Shown here: positions 58,301 through 64,000 of the stretch, one piece after another
How positions within the stretch are numbered: the stretch's first letter is position 1
How the letters are laid out: each line of letters starts with the position of its first letter
NCBI RefSeq assembly: GCF_009914755.1
Contig: NC_060948.1
DNA length: 64,000 nt
From: the human T2T-CHM13v2.0 reference genome, Homo sapiens
Direction: 5' to 3' (one strand)
Translations under genes and position numbers: made by a program
The notes under the pieces: model-generated
Databases searched by the model: none
Seen by the model: the letters and a program-made list of their open reading frames with translations, nothing else
Told to the model about the DNA's origin: nothing

Positions 58301-61300
58301 TGGAATGGAATGAACACGAATGTAATGCAATCCAATAGAATGGAGTCGAATGGCATGGAATATAAAGAAATGGAATCGAAGAGAATGGAAACAAATGGAA
58401 TGGAATTGAATGGAATGGGAACGAATGGAGTGAAATTGTATGCAGTAGAAGAGAATAGAATGGAATGCAAGCGAAAGGAAAGGAATGGATTGGAATGGAA
58501 TGGAATTCATTGGAATGGAAGGGAATGTAGTGTAATGGACAGGCCTGGAATAAAGTGGAATGCTATGGTCTCGAATGGAATAAAAATGTATGGAATGGAA
58601 TGCAATGAAACGGAATCGAATGTCATAGAATGTAATGGAATGCAAAAAAATGGAATCCAAAATCATTGACTGGAAAGGCTGGGTGTCGAAAGGAATTGAC
58701 TCCAATGGAATGGAATCGAATGGAATGGAAGTGAATAGAATCGAACTAAATCGAATGGAATGGAATTGATAGGAACGGAATGGAAAGGAATGCAATGATT
58801 TGGCACGGAATGGAATCGAATGGCATCAAATGGAATGGAATGGAATGCAATGGAATGGAATGTATTAGAATATAATGAACTTTAATGGAATGTACTCGAA
58901 TGGATTCGACTGGAATGGAATGTTCTGGAAGTGAATGGACTCCAATGGAATGGATTCAAAAGGAATGGAATCGTACGGAATGGAATCTAATGGAATGGAA
59001 TTAAATGGAAATGAATCAAATTGAATAGCACGGAATTGAATTGAATGGAATCGAATGCAATGGAATCTAATGAAACGGAAAGGAAAGGAATGGAATGGAA
59101 TGGAATGGGCTGGAATGGAAAGGAATCGAAACGAATGGAATGGAATCGAACTGAAGAGACTGGAATGGAATGCACTGGAATGGAAGGGAGTGTAATGGAA
59201 GGTTCTCGAAAAAAATGGAATCGAATGGAATGGAATTGAATGGAACGGAATAGAGTCGAATGGAATTGAATGGAATGGAATGGACTAGAGTGAAATGGAA
59301 TCGAACCACAAGGAATGGACAGGAATAGAATGGTCTCGAATTGAATGGAATCGTATGGAATGGCATCAAACGGAATGGAATGGACAGCCACGGAATGGAA
59401 TGCACTCGAATGCAATGGAGTCGAATCTAATGGACTGGAATAGAATGGATTCGACTGGTACGGACTCCAATGGAATGGAATCGAATGGAAGGGAATCGAA
59501 CGGAATGGACTCGAAGGGAAAAGACTGCAATGGAAAGGTCTCGAATAGAATGGAAATTAATGGAATGGAATGGAATCGAATGAAATGGAGTCAAAAGGAA
59601 TGGAATCGAATGGCAAGAAATCGAATGTAATGGAATCGCCAGGAATTGATGTGAACGGAACGGAATGGAATGGAATCCAAAGGAATGGAATAGAATGGAA
59701 TGGAATCGAATGGAAAGGACTCGAATGGAAATCACTCGAATAGAATGCAATTTAATAAAATAGGATCAAATGTAATGGAATGGAATGGAAACGAATCGAA
59801 ACGAAAGGAATGGAGTCAGATGGAATGGAATGGAACAGAGAGCAATGGTATAGAATGGAATGGAATCATCTGGAATGGAATTGAATGGAATGGAATAATA
59901 TGAAATGGAATGGAATGGAATGGAATGGAATGCCCTTGAATTAAATGGACTGGACTCGAACAGAGTGGAATGGAAAGTGTTGAGATAGAATGGAATGGAC
60001 TCCTTTGGAATGGTCTAGTATGCAATGCAATCGACTGGCAGGGAATCAAAAGGAATGTAATGGAATGGATTGGACTGGAATGCAATGGACTCGAATAGAT
60101 TGGAAACGGAATGCAAAGGAATGGAATGGAATAGTATGGAATGGAATGGAAAGGAATGGAGTGGAATAGACTAGAGTGGAATGGACTGGACTGGAAAGCA
60201 ATGGACTGGAATGGAACATTCTTGAATGGACTGGAATCAAACGGAATGGAATGCAATGCAATCAAATGGCATGCAATAAAATAGAATGAAAGAGAATCAA
60301 ATGGAATTGAATCGAATGGAATCGAATGGATTGGAAAGGAATAGAATGGAATGGAATTGACTCAAATGGAATGGACTAGAATGGAATGGATTCGAATGGA
60401 AGGCAAAGGAATGGAATCTATTTTAATGGACAGTAAAGGAATGGAATGGAAAGGATTGGAATGGACTCGAATGGAATGAACTGCAATAGAAAGGATTCGA
60501 ATGGAATGAAAAAGAATTGAATGGAATAGAACAGAATGGAATCAAATCGAATGAAATGGAATGGAATAGAAAGGAATGGAATGAAATGGAATGGAAAGGA
60601 TTCGAATGGAATGTAATCGAATGGAATGGAATCGAACGGAATGGAATAAAATGGAAGAAAACTGGCAAGAAATGGAATCGAAATGAATGGAGTGTTATGG
60701 AACGGACTCAAAAGGAATTGAATGTAATAGAATGGAGTGGAGTGGACTCGAATATAATGGACTGGAATGGAATGAAATCACATGGAATGGGAACGAATAG
60801 AATGGAATGGAAAGGAATGGAATCGAATGGAAAGGAATCGAATGGAAGGGAATGAAACTGAATCAACAGGAATGGAAGGGAATAGAATAGACGGTAATGG
60901 AATGGACTCGAATAGAATGGACACGAATGCTCAAATTGAATGGACTCGAATGGAATGGAAACGAAAGGAATGTCATCGAATGGAATTGAATCGATTGGAA
61001 TGAAATCGCATAGAATGGAGTGGAATCAAATGGAATTGAATCGAAAGGAAAGGAAGCGAACGGACTGAAATGAAATGGAATGGAATTGAATGGAAAGTAA
61101 TGCAATGGAATAGAATGGAATGAAATTTCACGGAACGGAATCAAACTGAATGGAATCAAATCAATGGAATCAAATCAAATGGAATGGAAAGGAATTGAAT
61201 GGAGTAGATGGGATTGGATGGGATTGGAATGAAATGTACTGGAAAGGACTCGAATTTCATGAAACGGAATGGAATGAATTGGAACGGAATGGACTCGAAT

Positions 61301-64000
61301 GGAATGGAATGTCATGGAATGGCATCAAATGGAATGGCATCAAATGGAATGGAATCGAATGCAATGGAATGCTATGGAATGGAATGGAATGCATTGGAAT
61401 GGAATGTCCTCTAATGGAATGGATTCGAGTGGAATGGAATCGAATATAATGGAGTCGAATGAAATGGAATTGAAAGGAATGGGATCGAATACAATGGAAT
61501 ATACTGGAATGTAACGTAATGAACTCGAATGTAATTGACTGGAATGGAATGTACATGAATGGAATGTAATCGAATGGAAAGTAATCCAATGGAATAGAAT
61601 CTAATGCAATAAAATCGACTCAGATAGAGTAGAATGTAATGGAATGGAGTGCAGTGCAATGGAATGGAATGGAATGGAATGCAATGGAATGGAATGGGAT
61701 GGAATGGTATGGAATGGATAGTAATGGACTGGAGTGAAATGGACTGGAAAGGAATGGACTCAAATTGAAAGGGCTCGAAAGGAATGGAGACAAATGGAAT
61801 GGTCTGGAATGGAATGAACACGAATGTAATGCAATCCAATAGAATGGAGTCGAATGGCATGGAATATAAAGAAATGGAATCGAAGAGAATGGAAACAAAT
61901 GGAATGGAATTGAATGGAATGGAATTGAATGGAATGGGAACGAATGGAGTGAAATTGTATGCAGTAGAAGGGAATAGAATGGAATGCAAGCGAAAGGAAA
62001 GGAATGGATTGGAATGGAATGGAATTCATTGGAATGGAAGGGAATGTAGTGTAATGGACAGGCCTGGAATAAAGTGGAATGCTACGGTCTCGAATGGAAT
62101 AAAAATGTATGGAATGGTATGCAATGAAACGGAATCGAATGTCATAGAATGTAATGGAATGCAAAAAAATGGAATCCAAAATCATTGACTGGAAAGGCTG
62201 GGTGTCGAAAGGAATTGACTCCAATGGAATGGAATCGAATGGAATGGAAGTGAATAGAATCGAACTAAATCGAATGGAATGGAATTGATAGGAACGGAAT
62301 GGAAAGGAATGCAATGATTTGGCATGGAATGGAATCGAATGGCATCGAATGGAATGGAATGGAATGCAATGGAATGGAATGTATTAGAATGTAATGAACT
62401 TTAATGGAATGTACTCGAATGGATTCGACTGGAATGGAATGTTCTGGAAGTGAATGGACTCCAATGGAATGGATTCAAAAGGAATGGAATCGTACGGAAT
62501 GGAATCTAATGGAATGGAATTAAATGGAAATGAATCAAATTGAATAGCACGGAATTGAATTGAATGGAATGGAATGCAATGGAATCTAATGAAACGGAAA
62601 GGAAAGGAATGGAATGGAATAGAATGGGCTGGAATGGAAAGGAATCGAAACGAATGGAATGGAATCGAACTGAAGAGACTGGAATGGAATGCACTGGAAT
62701 GGAAGGGAGTGTAATGGAAGGTTCTCGAAAAAAATGGAATCGAATGGAATGGAATTGAATGGAACGGAATAGAGTCGAATGGAATTGAATGGAATGGAAT
62801 GGACTAGAGTGAAATGGAATCGAACCACAAGGAATGGACAGGAATAGAATAGTCTCGAATTGAATGGAATCGTATGGAATGGCATCAAACGGAATGGAAT
62901 GGACAGCCACGGAATGGAATGCACTCGAATGCAATGGAGTCGAAACTAACGGACTGGAATAGAATGGACTCGACTGGTACGGACTCCAATGGAATGGAAT
63001 CGAATGGAAGGGAATCGAACGGAATGGACTCGAAGGGAAAAGACTGCAATGGAAAGGTCTCGAATGGAATGGAAATTAATGGAATGGAATGGAATCGAAT
63101 GAAATGGAGTCAAAAGGAATGGAATCGAATGGCAAGAAATCGAATGTAATGGAATCGCAAGGAATTGATGTGAACGGAATGGAATGGAATGGAATCCAAA
63201 GGAATGGAATAGAATGGAATGGAATCGAATGGAAAGGACTCGAATGGAAATCACTCGAATAGAATGCAATTTAATAAAATAGGATCAAATGTAATGGAAT
63301 GGAATGGAAAGGAATCGAAACGAAAGGAATGGAGACAGATGGAATGGAATGGAACAGAGAGCGATGGTATAGAATGGAATGGAATCATCTGGAATGGAAT
63401 TGAATGGAATGGAATAATATGAAATGGAATGGAATGGAATGGAATGGAATGCCCTTGAATTAAATGGACTGTACTCGAACAGAGTGGAATGGAAAGTGTT
63501 GAGATAGAATGGAATGGACTCCTTTGGAATGGTCTAGTAAGCAATGCAATCGACTGGCAGGGAATCAAAAGGAATGTAATGGAATGGATTGGACTGGAAT
63601 GCAATGGACTCGAATAGATTGGAAACGGAATGCAAAGGAATGGAATGGAATAGTATGGAATGGAAAGAAATGGAATGGAAAGGATTCGAATGGAATGCAA
63701 TCGAATGGAATGGAATCGAACGGAATGGAATAAAATGGAAGAAAACTGGCAAGAAATGGAATCGAAATGAATGGAGTGTTATGGAAGGGACTCAAAAGGA
63801 ATTGAATGTAATAGAATGGAGTGGAGTGGACTCGAATATAATGGACTGGAATGGAATGAAATCACATGGAATGGGAACGAATGGAATGGAATGGAAAGGA
63901 ATGGAATCGAATGGAAAGGAATCGAATGGAAGGGAATGAAATTGAATCAACAGGAATGGAAGGGAATAGAATAGACGGTAATGGAATGGACTCGAATAGA
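49380..64000 (+). repeat. Distal sub-array of shorter, more heterogeneous monomers (3504-3539 bp)
   Basis: Five consecutive units share a 10-bp deletion (AAATGGACTGGACTCGAAC instead of AAATGGACTGGAATGGAATGGACTCGAAC) at ~49395, 52910, 56425, 59948 and 63468. HaeIII spacings are 3539, 3504, 3524 and 3519, with more private substitutions per unit than in the central block. Confidence 0.85.

Larger units (their letters stand above)
1..64000 (+). repeat. DYZ1: Human satellite 3 (HSat3) tandem array, DYZ1-type ~3.56-kb unit (Yq12 heterochromatin), about 18 units, GGAAT strand on +
   Basis: The whole window is GGAAT plus variant pentamers (CGAAT, GGACT, GCAAT, TGAAT, etc.). The landmark GGACAGGCCTGG (HaeIII GGCC) recurs at 1639, 5188, 8752, 12321, 15890, 19453, 23017, 26589, 30153, 33712, 37284, 40848, 44412, 47975, 51514, 55018, 58542 and 62061. 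Spacings are 3504-3572 bp, most often 3564. A GAATTC lies about 39 bp upstream of each (e.g. 1600-1605). A 3564-bp pentamer-based unit cut once by HaeIII and EcoRI is the established description of DYZ1. Confidence 0.95.

Noticed and set aside
80-63974. Hundreds of ORFs (MEWNG- and FHSIP-rich, up to 313 aa, e.g. 49180-50121 and 2868-3785 on the minus strand)
   Set aside because: Pure GGAAT/ATTCC repeats contain no stop codons in any frame, so long low-complexity ORFs are expected. They overlap in all frames and are freely broken by frameshifts and stops between units. I recognised no protein domain.
1-64000. CRISPR-like or other prokaryotic repeat-spacer system
   Set aside because: There are no unique spacers, no 25-45-bp direct repeat and no cas genes. 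All sequence is pentamer-derived and recurs at 3.56 kb.
1-64000. HSat2, DYZ2/HSat1B, alpha satellite, Alu/L1 insertions or inversions
   Set aside because: There is no GAATCATC-based 23/26-bp HSat2 periodicity, no AT-rich Alu-containing 2.4-kb unit, no 171-bp monomers and no switch to the ATTCC strand anywhere in the window.

Overview
The whole 64-kb window is one uninterrupted, single-orientation tandem array of diverged (GGAAT)n pentamers, i.e. human satellite 3 (HSat3). It is organised as about 18 copies of a ~3.56-kb unit. The unit length (most often 3564 bp), with one HaeIII site and one conserved EcoRI site per unit, matches the classical description of the Y-specific DYZ1 repeat of Yq12 heterochromatin. 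This assignment comes from recognition, not from a database search. I found no credible genes, RNA genes, transposons, DYZ2/Alu inserts or inversions, and every listed ORF is a translation artefact of the pentamer. I see no evidence for a new protein-based system. Two things are worth a second look. (1) Each unit carries three perfect canonical heat-shock elements (nGAAnnTTCnnGAAn); I count about 50 intact copies in the window. (2) The array has a readable recombination history: three variant-defined sub-blocks, nascent 2-unit and 3-unit higher-order repeats with mappable crossover intervals, a long-range conversion-like patch, a mutation cluster and a 440-bp deletion. All counts and coordinates were read by eye and should be confirmed by alignment.
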